Shown: piece by piece, positions 48,833 through 63,250 of the stretch
Layout of the letters: each line of letters opens with the position of its first letter
Position numbering within the stretch: position 1 is the first letter of the stretch
Source: Haliotis cracherodii
Lineage: Eukaryota
Assembly (NCBI RefSeq): GCF_022045235.1
Contig: NW_027266330.1
Span: forward strand, 33,790,001-33,854,000
Length of the DNA: 64,000 nucleotides
Reading direction: 5' to 3'
Translations under genes and position numbers: made by a program
The notes under the pieces: model-generated
Database searches by the model: none
The model's input: only the letters and a program-made list of their open reading frames with translations
What the model was told of the DNA's origin: nothing

Positions 48833-51171
48833 GTCGAAATTGAAAGTTTTTTTTCATGACTTCTGAATCATGTAGTCACGAATCAATCCTTGGAGGATAT
48901 TAAATTCTGGTTTCCGTGTAACCTTCTATTCAGTGTAATGTTGATAGTAAATCTTGCAGTATTTCCGTCCATTGACTATGCGCCAGAATTCGTTTTTCTA
49001 TGAAATCGTTGCCTCCTCTGAATCAAAGGCGGGATTTTGTGCCTCCGTGTGGGGATATTTTATGTGAAGCCTGCGTTGCCATGTCCGTCTCCGTCAGGTT
49101 CTTTAAGTAGAGACGAAGTAATTCGATTGTCAATAGCAACAAGGGGGAATATATTAGTTAGCCTATCATTTAGGTTGACAAACATTTTAAGCAGGTTAAC
49201 GTGGACCAAAACCATAAGTACTCTGTGGTCATTACAACGACATATTTTGCAGGTAAAATTTGGCAATTCACTTGAATCGTCATACTGCCTTGTGATATCA
49301 AATAATCTCCTATGGGGTCGGACATTAAACTCAGAGGGTAACTAACTGCACTGCCAATCATTCAACTATGATGACGTACCTGGTGCAGTCATAATCAATA
49401 GCTTGTCGTCGTCGTTAGCCGATTGGTGAGATCATTGTCTGCATGGTTCTTATCAGGAACAAACAAATAGTAAATATAGTGGGTGATCTAAACCCGGTAG
49501 CAAATCTTGGCCCGATCCAAAGTGAACTGTGAAGTGAAGTAACTTATTTTTTTATTGTTGATTGGGGAGGGATTGTAATGTTTGCTGCGAGCTCTGTGTT
49601 CACTGATTGTTGACAGCAACAGGTGGTATCCAAATACCATTTGCCCAGACAGGAACAACTACTGAACCAGTTGAATAGTCAAAGTATAAGAATGAAATGT
49701 TATGACATTGTTTTGCTGTACCAGGTAATCTAAGACTAAAATCAAGGTAGACACTAAATCGGCAACGACTTGAAAATGTTGTTCTATTTAAACGTCACCG
49801 ATAGTGATGGGAAGTAAAACTTGTCCTAATATTGGGAATATATATTTGATCTATCACTTGAAGAGATAACAAATCTGACTTTACCTGCCTGATAAGTCAT
49901 GTCATTATTAGGGTGAGTAGGAGCATTGTGAAAACTGTGCACGACGCTTATGGAGTGCCTTAATCTCTGCCTTCTCGAAGCGACGTTCCTCTTCCGAGAA
50001 GACGTTCCAGAAGCAATATCGCCTCCCTCCATTTTCGCGACTACGGCCCAACCAGACATGAATCTGTAGATTAATCTGATATGCTTGTTTCACCTGTTGA
50101 TGGCTCAAGCAATATTCTCTGAATATTCAGAATACTTATGTTGGAGATATCTGAAGGATGAATCTACTTTGTCCGAAAGAGTACAATATAATTTAAAGTA
50201 CAACTGATGTCCTTTAGATGTAAAGAACGGTTTCTCAGAATATTTGCGAGCTGTTGATAAGGCAGAAAGCGTTCTTTGTTCTGATTCATCAACAATGTCA
50301 CATTGAAATGTATTTAGGTTGCAATCCATATATTCTTTATTACCTTCAACATAATCCCTTGGTCTGTCAGTCTGAATTTCCTCGGAAGCGTGGATCAGGG
50401 ATAACAGAGAAGCTCCATTAGTACAAGGTGGAAAATCTGGCCGCCTGTGTAAGGAGAAGCCGTCAAATGGCGCAACAGTCAGCGGACATATACGTCACCT
50501 TTATGACTTGGCACTCTTTTCAGGTGCAATATACCCAGCTACGACTCGCAAACTCTTACGGTATTTACCTGTAATTTATAATAAATATAGTTTCCCTGTG
50601 TCGGTCCAACCTAGCACAAATGTGCAATGTCATGGTTGTGTCAGCTAACAGTGAAAGTAGGCTGACTCCTTCACCATTACAACATTATGACCCTCATCAC
50701 CAAATGTTACAAATGAAAAAGACTCTTTAGCTCAGGCTGTGGAACTATTAAGTGAACACACTGGCATTCCTCAAGATGAGAAGAGCTTGCGATCGAGGCA
50801 CGGCGGCGCTTTACACAATAATGTTCAAAGTCACGTAGCCCTATGACCCACTTCCCTGCCGCTTATGCGGTCATGTCAAAAGGGCGGTGTATTGCGACAG
50901 CAGCGTATGTGAACTGATACCTGGAAACACCTTCACCTGCATTGAACTATCGTTGATCCTAGAATGTAAGTACACTGCAATTTTTATGCGTAGTAGCATA
51001 CAGGAAACAGTGCAAATATAGTGTTATGGTAGTGCACAACTGGTATCACTGACTAGCCTAGCAGTGACGCGCAGAAGTGCACGGTAAATATAGTACACAA
51101 GAAAGTAGTTGACATCGGGTGCTTTGACTGGCCTAGTAGTGATCTAATTGCCTAGTAATATTTATTGTTAT

Positions 51172-51433
51172 TGTTTGTTTGCCTTTTAACGCCGCACTCA
51201 GCAATATTCCAGTCATATGACGGCGGTCTGTAAGTAATCGAGTCTGGACCAGACAATCCAGTTATTGACAACATGAGCATCGATCCACGCAATTGAGATC
51301 GATTACATGCATCAACCAAGTCAGCGAGCCTGACCACCCGATCCCATTAGTCGCCTCTTATGACAAGCATAGTCGCCTTCTACGGCAAGCATGGGTTGCT
51401 GAGGACCTTTTCTACCCCGGATCTATACGGGTC
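51172..51433 (-). mobile_element. Family B retroposon, full length
   Basis: Tail to the shared 5' end (…ATCTATACGGGTC). Confidence 0.85.
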
Positions 51434-52061
51434 TCCAGTGTTATTGACAAGCATAGTACGTGTGCACAGCGATACGTAGTACGCAGCGCAGTATTAGTTA
51501 AAGAAACAAAGTAGACACAATATATATAAAACAACTTCTTTATTCACTGTAAAACGACGTTCCGATGAAGATCCTTATACCGTTGTCCAGCAAGCCTGAA
51601 TAATGATCATAGTACAGAATATATATCCACTCAAACTCATCCGTCAACTTCTAAGCAATGCCTATCAAACAATACAGTATGAGCCATTATGTAGTATCAT
51701 ATAGTATTATCCACACATACCCATTGATAGTACCCATCAAATGCTATTGACTGGGAGTGACGTTGTAAGTAAGAGAGTAAAACTACGAATACTGCTCTAG
51801 GCCATAACAACGATTTAACGTTTCCAAAAACGACTTAATTTGAGAGTGTAAAACAATGCGCTCACTGACATATTGTTTGTAATACGCAGACATAAACACC
51901 GTTGAGGATTGTAAATGCATATAATAACAAGGCTTGTTGTGTTTACTGTTCCATGTGTTTATTACTTTGTGACAAAACTATATGAGAATTAATATCAGAT
52001 CATACTAAAATTGTAATCCGTTACTATAATATAGTCAAAGCGGTCACTCACTCACTTTAAT

Positions 52062-53272
52062 ATGTTAGTCAAGATGTCGACGCCAGCAGAGAAAGCAATG
52101 GCGGCAGGGGTCAGTGTTGACCTTGTGATGCTTGATGGATGTGTGCAGGCAGCTTTTCTTGCAGACAAGTTGAAGACAGTAAAGTATCTCCCCATCCGTG
52201 ACGACGACATCTTGCTCTGCACATACCCAAAGTCAGGTAATGTCCTGTTGGAAATGATCACGAATAATGTCTTTGAACTATATCCAATGTTTGTGCTCGA
52301 CCACCAGAACAGAATTACACAGGCGTTATGCCTCCAAAGGGTAAGTGAAGAGTGGGAATACCTGATGTCATTTGGAAAATGGGTGATGGCGTAAAAACTA
52401 TTCATCTCACGAGCCAATATTTTAACTTAACATATACGTCGGCGTTGCGTAAACCCAATTCACACAAACATTCACTTACCCGTCAGTAAAGCATTCATAT
52501 TCGGACAATTAACAACTTGCAATAAACATGATACTATGCCGAAATAGGGGAGTATTTATTTTATTGAGTGATTGAGTAAAGGCAGCTTTTTTAATGTAGA
52601 TATGAATGACGCACACACAAATTACATCTGCTTCAGTTGTTCTTACTTTTTTAAGTAAGGTCGACTATTTAAAAGATGTGTCAATATATTTTGGAAGGTA
52701 AGACAGAAAAACACTGACTAAAATAATCTAGAAACATCATGACACATTGCAAATGTCTAGAACAAATGTATGACATCATTGTGATGTGCATATGAGAAAG
52801 TAATGTAGTCCCTGCATGTTCTATTTGCCCATTAAACTATTTGAACCAAGATGATTCACAAGAATATTGTTTCATTTAAGAATACATATCAACACCTGTT
52901 TTCGTAGTAGAGGTTTTCAATCATATCACATGTTTAAATTAATAAAATAATGCTCGTTCTCTTGGAATGACAATGATGTGCATGTAATCTATGATCATCA
53001 AGACACGACAATTCATTACAAAAAAAGCTTATGTAAAATTTAAATGTAAGATACAATAATAAGCATAACCATCAACAGATAGGTTATCTGTGTATCAATC
53101 TACATTAAAACATGTTTTACATGCGCATTAAATTATAGATGCACATTTTGATGAGTAATTGCAACAATGAATTTGAATTCGACCGCATCAGTGGTCTAGT
53201 GGTAGAGCGTCTGCCCGGGGAGGAGAATGGGATAGCATTATAAAATCGACATAACTAGTACACATAACCACA

Positions 53273-53304
<32 letters not shown>

Positions 53305-55534
53305 CACACGCACGCACGCACGCAGGTGGGCGCGTATGCTCGTCGCAATATTAGTGCATTAATCTTGGACGCGACGTTAAGCCAAATTTCACCTCACCTC
53401 AATTCCGTTCACAAGGTACACACTGGACGTGGGAGATCCTCAACATGATCGTGGCAGGCAAGGCTGAGTACGCCAAACACTGGCAGAACTCTGCATGGCT
53501 GGAATACAGGACCGAGGAAGAGCTCGAGGAACTGGCATCACCAAGGATCCTTCACACCCATTTACTTCCTAGGTAGGCAATATTATATATAAAGCTAAAT
53601 ACACGGCGATTTAAAAAGGAAAAATAAATAATGGTTAAAGTACAGTGAAAGAATGTATGTTAATTTCTGTCGTGTTGTGTCTGTCGGTTTCAAAAAGTAG
53701 CATTTCAAAGTTCTATTCACAATGGATTCAGCCAACTACCAGATGCAGTATGGGACAAAAGATGTAAGGTGGTGTACGTCAGGAGGAATGCAAAGGATTG
53801 CTTGGTGTCGGCTTATAGTCAGTACAGCAAGCAGATCTGGAAGGACAACCCTTTAGGGATACGATCCTACACCGGCACCTGGGAGGCCTTCGTTGATCTT
53901 TTTCTGGACGGATGCTGTAGGTGTTTACGTTAAATAATACCAACAAAAGCCCTTTCCATCGTCAAAAGAGATATATGTCATAAAAGCAGGGTCCAGATAT
54001 GAAAGCATGTGTTTATGAACCACTATCAAAAAGATGGTATCGGGTGTTCCAGAAAAGGTGTCCCTGGACAAATTCCAATGTTTTGATTTACATTAAGAAA
54101 CAAATGAAGGAGACGTGATTGTTGCAGACAAATTGATGTGTAACTCAGATGTGACAGTTTAGAAAAAGTCCTTTGTTTTACATAGAAACTTCATAAAAAC
54201 TAAAACGACCAAACTTTACACTGGGCTGATTACCACATTATTATCAAAAACACTATTATCCCTAGCATCAATATAATTTCAGCATCCACTACTTCAATAT
54301 TATTTTCCATTTGTTTTCAAGTGATTGGTGTACCCTATTTCAAACACACAATCGAGTGGATCAATATTTCTGAAGCTCACAAAGGTTTTGAAATATGTGG
54401 ACTGCAGTATGAAGACATGAAAAAGGTATTGCTCAATTAATGCGGCTCGGGAACTGTTGTGGTGTATTCCATTTCATGTCTTACGTGTACGCCTATCTAT
54501 ACGTATATAATAAGGGTAAAACATCCTCAATAGCTGATACTTTGTTCTGTTCAAACAATAATTATAAAGCGTACATGCTTTTATTAGAATAAATAGATTG
54601 CAAGTGATTCCATGGCATGTGATTGTCTAAGAAGGCAATTGTTGTGCGTTTGTAGATTCATAAACCAATAAGAATAGGCCACGCCCACTACCTCTCTTTT
54701 GTGACCAGTCGATGCCTGGGGGTGGGGCTTCGGATGCACTATGGGGCCGAATCATGTAACTCGATCGTTTTCTGTGTGTTTAAGCAGTTTGTGAAGCTAC
54801 TAATGTTTTTGCTTCGCGGATGTGCACAACAGAATGTGTCTTCAATGCTTAAGTATCCAATATCAAGATTTTATGTATCTAGATATAACAGAGTATCAAA
54901 TCACGTTACTCCAAAGAACATCTATACTTACAAAAAACAACAGTAAACAATATTAAGCTATGGTATACATAGGTACCATAACAATCTCATGTCATGAATC
55001 CCTTTTTGTAGTATCTGTCAGTGAACATTTTCATTAAATTGTACCCTTTTCAGGATTGCGTCCAGGAAATAAGAAGAATGGCAGATTATCTAGGTCGTCC
55101 TCTATCGGATACAACATACCAGGCAATATCCGATGCTTGCTCTTTCAAGAAACTGAAGCACGCTAACGAGAAAATCAAAGATCAAACCTACCACTTTCAC
55201 TGGCAAGATGGTTCAAGTGGATATTTCAGAAAAGGTAATTGGACAACCTACACTAAAACCTGAAACATAGTTGTCTATAGTTTGGTATATTTGTGTATAT
55301 TTGTCTCATAAATCAACATGTTTGAAGACAGCGCTCATGTAAGTCAGGAAGCACTGCTTTACTCTACATGACATGTAAAAATATACACGTTGGAGTATTA
55401 AATATGCTCAATAAACTGATAACTATGATGTTGCAGGTACAACTGGTGACTGGAAGAACTGGTTCACTGTGGCCCAGAGCGAGCGATTTGATAAAGTATA
55501 TGAAGAAAGGCTGAAGGAAACATTTCCATATTGA
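52062..55534 (+). CDS. Cytosolic sulfotransferase (SULT1-like), six coding exons: 52062-52236, 53416-53572, 53732-53916, 54322-54425, 55054-55234, 55437-55534
   Basis: All GT-AG junctions are phase-compatible, 900 nt in total (299 aa; 295 aa from ATG 52074). Motifs: TYPKSGTHW (5'-PSB loop), LHTH catalytic His, RNAKDCLVS (3'-PB), [31 protein letters not shown] at 55729. Confidence 0.93.
53181..53400 (+). mobile_element. Family D SINE remnant with internal (GCAC)n microsatellite, in SULT intron 1
   Basis: GACCGC..GGTCTAGTGGTAGAGCG head, (GCAC)n at 53270-53323, ATCTTGGACGCGACGTTAAGCC..(CACCT)n tail. Confidence 0.7.
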
Positions 55535-57525
55535 CATTGGTAAAAACATGACTGATCCTTCTCAAATTTGAGTTTAATTGCACAATCGACTGGATGTGGA
55601 AAGGGTCTTGTCACTTTTAATCTGATAGGGACTATGAATATTGCATGTATTATGTACAAACGGACCTTATTTAATTATTATTGCAATGACTTTTCATGAT
55701 TCTGAAAAAATACATAGTTAACATGCAGAATAAACAGAACTGTTTTCAAAATGCTATAGCCACATTTCAGTTGTCGCGTGTGTGTGACACTTTACAGAAA
55801 TATTTATGTAATATGCGGATGACAGAATAAATATAATCCCCAAAAAGGATGTGAGTCATGTTCCCAGTCATAAAAGACCGAGAAAGACATATGTTTAAAC
55901 ACAGTGTAGCCTAGATTGGAAACCCGAGGTTGTCCACAAGGACACTGTGGACTTGCTTAAGGGCTGCTCCATCGTACGTGCAAACCTACAATATCAAGGT
56001 AAGCGTGGTGCATCGCACGGAATCGTCATAACTTGCGATCTGGAAACGAATTCACGACTCAGACGAAAGTCGTCACTATCTGCAGGCAACTGACAGCAGA
56101 TCAGGAAAACACTACACAAGGGATGCGCAGATACAGACGAAAGTTTTCTCTTTCTTCGAAGCATGCTCTCTCCACCAAGATGTCAAAGAGCGTCATACGA
56201 CTCTTGCTCAAAGGTTGTTGGGTCAAGATTACAACACTTAAGGCCTCAGTCAGGCTTTCAAAACATTTTATTGTAGACATGTTGAGAACAACTAAAACTT
56301 TGACACATCAATATAAAAATGATGTGTGAAGTAATTCCATATATTGACTTCTTTCTACTTCTTTGAAAGATCCTATTTATTGTATACATAGAATAGGGAA
56401 TTGAAAAGGGTATTTGCTTTCCTTTAAATAACCATGTACACGTAATTTGCATATCATTATGTCATTGAAGATTACATCATATGACCTGCATTGGTTCATC
56501 CTGTGCAGTGTGACGAAAGTCATCACAAAACGTTAAGCTTTCAGAACATGTCGGAAACTTAACTCGACACCACGAGTGTTAAACCCAGTTTCCTCTTTCC
56601 CCCGTGGATTCAATTATTTTGACAAACTTACAGAGAAAGTTTTATGCAATGTAGCAAATGTGATGGGAACAGCATGATGGTGAACAGCTCAATACGAACC
56701 GAGGTAAGAGCCAGTCAAACTAGAGAGCCGTTTTAAAGAGGAGCTATGCTACCCGGGTTGAGCCTATTTTCAGTTGTTAGTGACATGAGTGAAACCTAGA
56801 AAATATAACTGGGTACATAAAGTGAACTGCTGCATCGATTAACATAATGGAACTGAGTTTGCATCTAACCCGAGTTGTGTTTGAATGGTTTGAATCAATC
56901 CCGCTTCATTCAATTTGCCAGCGAATGTTTTCCCCATCTGTGAACAACTGACGATCACAATTATTTGATGATAAGGAAAAGCCGTTTCACCGTTTCACCA
57001 TCACTTTGCACTCATTGACCTGAGGCACGGCAATCTGATTGGTTAATGAACGAATGACGTCACGCTAAAAATAGGCATGACCAGTAGGGCACCGGACTTT
57101 ACAAGTGATTGTGCAGTAACCGTGAATTCCCGCGCTAAATATAGCCCAACGGCCATACATTGAAACATCAGTATAATTACAACTATACAACAGTATGTAA
57201 TTAATTCTTTTGAAAAAGAAGGGTGCAATGTAGTTAGTTCTTTTATGTTTATATAATATTTATTGGTATAATAGATTTCTCTTGTTGCTGGGAACACGGT
57301 GACGAACTAGGTCACATAGCAGCCTTGTCCACTGAAGGCAAACAGTTGTGTAAACAAACTGTTGAGGAAGGCAGTCATCTGTATCCACGAGTTAACATAC
57401 ACATATAAGAGCGTGTTTTGTCATTGAATGTAACCAAGCTCCTTCTCCATAGTTATGAATGACTATGTAGTGGATAAACATATAAGCCCTATTTGCATCG
57501 TTTATGCTTCATTTCACGTGTAACC

Positions 57526-58627
57526 ATGTCGGCTGATGGTTGGAAAGTTTATTTATCTGGTATTTATTTTAATCCCAAACACCCAGCTTTCTTTTCTGGG
57601 CCCAATAAGCTGTATCACATTGTCAAAAAGGAGGGGAAATTTGATATTAGTTTACATCACATAAAGAAGTGGCTAAATTCAGAAGATGCCTATTAGCTTC
57701 AGCGACCTTTAAGATACAAGTTCAAGCGGAACAGAGTGGTGGCTTCAGGCCTCAATGCTCGATGGGATATTGACTTGGCTGATGTATCTAACATAGCCTC
57801 GGACAATGACGGTGTGAAGTACTTATTCATAGCTATAAATGTTTTTACACGGTTTCTGTGGTTATCAAGGCCATGAAGAATATATTTTCCCATGCTACTC
57901 TACCACGAATTATACGATCTGACAAAGGTCGTGGATTTGATAATAAGAAAATGAGGTCTTATTTAAAAAAGCATGGGCATCACTTACTATGTCACACAGA
58001 ATGAAACCAAGGCTTCCTATGCGGAGAGAGTGATACGGACCCTCAAGACAACGATGTACAGATATTTTACATACAAACAAACGTATCATTACCTGGACAT
58101 TTTACAAGATGTTGTCCTTGATTATAACCACAGACCTCACAGATCACTGAATGAACGATCATCAAATGATATCTATCCTACCAATGAAGCTCTATTATGG
58201 AAGGAACAATACATTGACACTTTGATAAAAACCAGTCGCAAAGCAAGCTGAAATCAAACAGAAGTCAATGAAAAAAACCTTTAAGTTTAAAGTGGGGCAT
58301 CAAGAGGAACTCTCTCATTTGAGGCACACATTTCAATGAGACTATCACGAAAAATTGACTGAGGAAATCTTTATCATCAGAAGAAGGTTCTATCGTGATG
58401 GTATGCCTATCTATCTGTTGAAAGATATGGCTGATGATCTAGTTCAAGGTAGTTTCTATGCAAATGAACTACAGAGAGTAGACAAGCCTGCAGACACAGT
58501 GTGGAGAGTGGAGAAGGTTTTGAAGAAAAGGAAGCGACCTGGTGTAAAAGAGGTGTTTGTGAAATGGATGGGCTATCCCAAAAAGTTTAACAGTTGGATC
58601 CCAGAGGCTGATCTGGAGAGTATATAA
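57526..58627 (+). pseudogene. Decayed Polinton/Maverick-type integrase with C-terminal chromodomain
   Basis: YFNPKHP..SGPNKLY, WDIDLAD, IRSDKG, KASYAERVIRTLK, YNHRPHRSL, GSFYANELQ, VEKVLKKR..VFVKWMGYPKKFNSWI; several stops and frameshifts. Confidence 0.85.
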
Positions 58628-58799
58628 GGCTCATCTTCTTATCTCATAGTCAGTAGTAATTCAATCGTCATGGAGTCCTCATCATGAAAAACAATTTTCT
58701 AGGAAAGATGCTATGCTGAGACATAGACGGAATAAGCATTCACCACCACCACCACCGCAGTGCTCATGTTAAAGAGTGCAAAGCCCGACTGAAAATTAT

Positions 58800-60590
58800 T
58801 TAGTCAAACATGTTTGAGAAGCGGCAAAAAGAAGATTGGCCAACGTGTTAATAAGAAGGAGCCGTTACCGTAGAATTATTAGAGGAATTATATGATGTAA
58901 CAATGCTTAATCCTACACTTTGTAATTTACGGATTATTTGCCTTGTAGCATATTCGGGATTCCTGCGGTCTGCAGAGCTTGTACACATTAGACGATCTGA
59001 CATTGTCTTTTATGAGAGTCATATAATGTCATTTATTGAACAATCAAAAACAGACATATACAGGCACGGTTCATGGCTTGTCATTGGTAGGACAAACTCA
59101 AAATGATGTCGACTTACCAGTGTGGACACATACCTCTCCTTATCCGGAATATTGACTCATTTTGATGAATATATTTTTAGAAGCCTTATTAAGACGAAGA
59201 TTGGTTATAAGCTTCGGAATTGTGACTCCCCTTTGTCTTACGCTCACATGAGAGAATTGTTTATAGATGCCTTTACGCCATGTGTGTGCAACATCAAGAG
59301 TTATTGGCTTCATAGCTTGCTTTGTGGTGGGATGTCAGCAGCGGCAAATAACAGCGTACCAGACGGAATATTTGAAAGACACGGACACTGGAGAAGAGAG
59401 CATGCCAAGGACGGTTACATGAAGGATCCTCTTCAGAGACGATTTTCTGTTTCCCTGTCTCTAGGTCTTTAGACTTTCTTTGAGTCTCTGCCCGTGTCGA
59501 CGGTGCGACGGGTCCATTGTAAACATTTGTGTTATGTTGTATGTATGTATGTCTCTGTATGTAGCATTGCATAGTATGGAGAGGAGAAATGATGTTTCTC
59601 TCGGTTGAATGCATTATGAATAAGAGAGGAACTGCTTTCACCTTAGTGGTATGCAATGGCTAAGGGAGGTAATTAGCTTGGGTATGTTACGGGTATAAAT
59701 AAGTGGCGTGGAAAGCAGCTCGTCCCTCGCGCTAGTCATCACGGAAGTAATAGTGAACATAAGTTTTGTAATCCGTTATTAATATGTATAATTTAGTAAA
59801 ATAATTATGTATGTTTTGGTTTGCAGAATTTCAATTCTGACGAAAAGGATTGCGTGATCGGAGAAGATTTCAAGTGTTGAAATTTTCAGTGAGCAGTTAC
59901 CCCCATGTCGGGTTGGTTTATATATGTATGTGTCTGAGTTGACTTCCGATCCGTCATAATACGCGAGAAAGTTATTTGTATATGTAATACATACAATTTT
60001 GGAAGCTAGGCTGTAGAGCCGTCATCATAAAATTATGCACATGTAATACATGATGTAACTATATATTCCGTTATGGATTTGGCTGACGAGCCTTTATATT
60101 ACGTGCATGTATAATGACCTAAATGTTTATTCCGTATTAGGAGGCTGGGTAGCCTGTATTATACGAGTGTAATGAATCTATATGCATTTTTGGATTTGGC
60201 TGAAGTCAGTAATAATATTAGACCACTTAAATTTCAAGTGATAATATGGTATACCTCATAAGGTTTATGTACATGATCAAATAGTTATTCTGTAAACTCT
60301 CCCGAAAAGGGACGCTTTACTTCGTTTAGAGAACACGGTCCATTGCAATTTGCTCTTAAATGCTCTTTTTGATCTCTGGTTGACGTTTCGGACAGCAGTT
60401 CCGCACTTAATGATGTACTGTGGAAGTGTATATATGTTGATGGAAGGAGTTGGTGTATTAAACATGTATGTTAATAAACTGCATGTGTCGACACTGCGAC
60501 CTGGTCGTTGAAAATATTAGGGTTATGTTGTATGTATATATGTCTTACTGTATGGAGCATTGCATAGTATGGAGAGGAGAAAGGTCTTTC
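58800..60590 (+). mobile_element. 3' part of a DIRS/Ngaro-type tyrosine-recombinase retrotransposon
   Basis: YSGFLRSAEL, SKTDIYRHG, HSLL.GG.SAAAN, RHG.W..AKDGY motifs (catalytic R of HSLR lost, internal stop); ~100-bp split direct repeat at about 59495-59592 and 60486-60583. Confidence 0.8.
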
Positions 60591-61492
60591 TACAAATGGC
60601 CGACCACGAGCTGGTCATGGTACGATCGTATAGTAATTTGACTCGTCATAAAAATACTAGAAACATAAGCAGCCAACATCCCGATTGCGCTATTACAGGA
60701 TCATGTATTAAAGCTGTTCGATCACACACTTATCTCAGTCTGGACTTATCTGTGTCCCTGTGTCAGCAAAGCCTAACACGGAATGGGCAGTGTCGTGGTC
60801 ATTTCAGCATTTTGTGAACGGAGGCTGATTTCGTCCTAGAGCACGATTATAAGCCTCATAACCCTCCCCTTGTAGCAAGCGAGTAATGAGTAAGAGTTCA
60901 GATTGCAAATGTCGAAAAGACGCATGAACGTATGTTTGCCTATTCATATTTACATAAACCCGTGACCTACATAACTGCCGCTAAAAGATCTGATCTTGTC
61001 AAACGGGTGAGGTATTGCGACAACAGTCTATTTTGAGATAGTCCACTGACACAGGCGAGGTCTAACAACATTGAAATATCGTTGATCTATCACCTCGATA
61101 TGTAAGTACGATGTGATGTTGATTACTTGGGGTATAGTGTATAAGTGACGCAAAGCAGTGTTATTTGAGTAGTGCTCTCGAGTATTATTGACGTACCAGG
61201 CCGCGGTACACATCTAGTCTCAGTGTAGATGAAACAGAGACGCACTGTGTTGGATTGGACATCAATAATATAATGTATGGTACAGATCTAGGTAATTGTA
61301 GTACATACCTACACGTATTACTGTTCACTTATAGTTAAATAGAAAACATCGGGATTAAATGACGAACAGAGGCAGAATAAAGTAAAAAAAACCACTACAC
61401 TTCGGGATTTATTTACGAGCTACAGACCAGCACAGTGATATATAATATCTAGTACACGTCTTGCGTCGTTGACAAGCCTCACAGTAATAGCC

Positions 61493-61840
61493 GAGGTGAA
61501 ATTGGGTTTAACGTCGCGTCCAAGATTATTGCACTTATATAGCGACGTGCATGTACGTGTATGTGTTTGTGTGGCTGCTTGTACTAGTCCGGACTATGCC
61601 GATTTATAGTGCTAGCTCACTGAGATACCATGCCACAGTTTAACATGAATACTCCACTCAGAAACAGTATACTGACTCCGAGCCGACCAGTCCTTGTTTT
61701 AGCCCCTTAATGCCGAGCGCCAGACAGGGTAACAACAAGTACCATCTTTTAACGTCTTTTGGTATCATGCGGCGGGGGATCGAACCCCGGACTTTCTGCT
61801 CTCCGGGCGGACGCTCTACCACAAGACCACGGAGGCGGTC
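61493..61840 (-). mobile_element. Family D SINE, full length
   Basis: Head GACCGCCTCCGTGGTCTTGTGGTAGAGCG, GGTTCGATCCCC, core GATACCAAAAGACGTTAAAAGATGGTAC; CTCACAGT[A/C]ATA on both flanks. Confidence 0.85.
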
Positions 61841-61849
61841 CTCACAGTC

Positions 61850-62945
61850 ATAAAAAGTGGTATGCACTATGTAGTATACATCTAGTGTTGTTGACCAGCC
61901 TCACAGTAATGCACAGTGGTATGCAATATGTAGTACACATCTAGTGTTGTTGACCAGCCTCACAGTAATGCACAGTGGTATGCAATATTTGGTACACGTT
62001 TAGTGTTGTTGACTAGCCAAGTAGTAATGAAATGTGTATGCAATATGTAGTACACGTCTGGTGTTGTTGACCAGCCTCACAGTAATGCACAGTGGTATCC
62101 AATATGTAGTACACGTCTAGTGTTGTTGACCAGCCTCACAATAATGCACAGTGGTATGCAATATGTAGTACACGTCTAGTGTTGTTGACCAGCCTCACAG
62201 TAATGCACAGTGGTATCCAATATGTAGTACACGTCTGGTAATATTGACTAGCCTCACATTAAAACAAAGTTACGTGAACTATAATGAGAGTTGGATAGAC
62301 GCAAATATTTTGCTAACACTCCAGTAGTTTGAGTATGGGTACTAAATCGTCCGATAGTCTTCCTTGAAAGGTTCCCCTCCCATAGTTAAACAAGAGCGGT
62401 CACCCTCCTATAGTATATCACAGTATAGTGAATATCACTTGAAGATTAGTTTGGGACATTAACTTGATCGAACTTTGTTTTAAGTAGGAGAAAGTCCGAA
62501 ATCTCGCGATTATTTTCGCACGTGAAACTTCATCTCGGCCTAACGATCTCGAACAAGCTCAAATCGCGAGATTTCGGACATTCTCCTACACGTAATGCAC
62601 AGTGGTATACAATATATAGTACACGTCTAGTGTTGCTGACCAACTTTACAGTAATGCACAGTGGTATGCAATATGTGGTACTCGTTTAGTGTTGTTGACT
62701 AGCCAAGCAGTAATGCACAATGCTATGCAATATGTAGTACACATATGTTGTTATTGACTAGCCTCACAGTAATGAAATGTGTATGCAATATGTAGTACAC
62801 GTCTATTGTTGTTGACTAGCCTCACAGTAATGCATAGTGGTATGCAATATGTAGTACACGTCTAGTGTTATTGACTAGCCAAGCAATATGTAGTACTCAT
62901 CTAGGGTTATTGATGAGCCTGGCAGTGATACACAAGTAGTACACA
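61850..62945 (+). repeat. 59-bp minisatellite interrupted by a ~320-bp insertion
   Basis: Unit CACAGTGGTATGCAATATGTAGTACACGTCTAGTGTTGTTGACCAGCCTCACAGTAATG; break at about 62265-62590. Confidence 0.9.
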
Positions 62946-63065
62946 TCTAATGGAATGATAATGTACAACATCACTTCAATCTTCAATGTTGGTATTATCA
63001 TGTTGATTTTTCTTTGTGTGAATGAATACCGGATCATGTTAGAATAGTATTTCTGTTACTTAAAT

Positions 63066-63240
63066 ATGTTAGTTAAGATGTCGACGGCAGCGGAGAAAGT
63101 AATGGCGGCAGGGGTCAATGTTGACCTTGTGATGCTTGATGGATTTGTGCAGCCTGCTTTTCTAGTGGACAAGCTGAAGACAGTAAAGTATGTTCCTATC
63201 CGTGAAGATGACATCCTACTCTGCACATACCCAAAGTCAG
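63066..63240 (+). CDS. Second cytosolic sulfotransferase, first coding exon (gene continues off window)
   Basis: Close paralogue of 52062-52236 ending TYPKSG|GTAATA; the start of intron 1 is also homologous. Confidence 0.85.
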
Positions 63241-63250
63241 GTAATATCCC

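Noticed and set aside
48840-50370. Possible decayed retroelement ORF on the minus strand (PKGL-like motif)
   Set aside because: Too fragmented to assign; no RT or endonuclease motif could be read with confidence.
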